A DNA stretch of 64,000 bases from Torpedo marmorata (lineage: Eukaryota). The stretch lies in assembly GCA_977017645.1 (NCBI GenBank), contig OZ360227.1, forward strand, positions 122,636,001-122,700,000, given 5' to 3'. The notes under the pieces were generated by a model that was not told where the DNA came from, did not search any database, and was given only the letters and a program-made list of their open reading frames with translations. Position numbers and translations under genes: made by a program. Below are positions 63,641 through 64,000 of the stretch, piece after piece (positions within the stretch are counted from its first letter, which is position 1; every line of letters begins with the position of its first letter).

Positions 63641-63719
63641 GAAAGCAACTTGGTCGGCATGGACGAATTGGTCCAAAGGATAAATTTCTGTGTTGTATAT
63701 CTCGATGATTATAACCTCT

Positions 63720-64000
63720 ACCTTCTCCTCGACCTCTCCACCTGCTGATTTACTGTTCTGGTTTCCAATCTTTCAACACTAGTTTAAACCCTCCTGAGTA
63801 CACTTAGCAATCATCCCTGCAAGGATATCAATGCCCCTCCAGCTTTGGTCTAACCCGTCCTTCTTGTACAGATCCCACCTGCCCTGGAAGAGCATACAAT
63901 GATCCAGGTATCTGAAGCTCTCTCCTGTGCCAGTTCTTTGGACATGCATTCAATTGTAGCATTTTCCTATTTTTTGCCTCACCAGTATGTAGCACTGGCA
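63720..64000 (-). mobile_element. CR1 ORF1-end fragment
   Basis: Antisense of the W..F.GR.DLYK.DG esterase region, similar to 48730-48900. Confidence 0.6.

Overview
Eukaryotic, non-genic (intronic or intergenic) vertebrate DNA. It is most likely from a cartilaginous fish, judging by HE1/V-SINE-type SINEs, elasmobranch-type CR1s and Penelope/hammerhead repeats; the taxon is an inference. The window is largely nested transposable elements: two Gmr1-like Ty3/gypsy LTR retrotransposons (gag with SCAN-like region, PR-IN-RT-RH order) plus a solo LTR, one near full-length L1 and several truncated L1s, many Rex1/Babar and CR1 LINE fragments, Penelope GIY-YIG/hammerhead remnants, V-SINEs, and Tigger, hAT and Harbinger-like MITEs. 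I found no recognisable host protein-coding exon, rRNA/tRNA gene or CRISPR array, and nothing I can support as a wholly new biological system. Best leads: a complete two-LTR Gmr1 element with in-frame loss of the whole RT and part of integrase; an ~850-bp GC-rich non-autonomous retroelement with a Rex-like 3' tail (2 copies); hammerhead cores that all lack C3; a candidate twin-primed CR1; a composite inverted hAT MITE; and a candidate recursive splice site. Boundaries of old degraded repeats are approximate.
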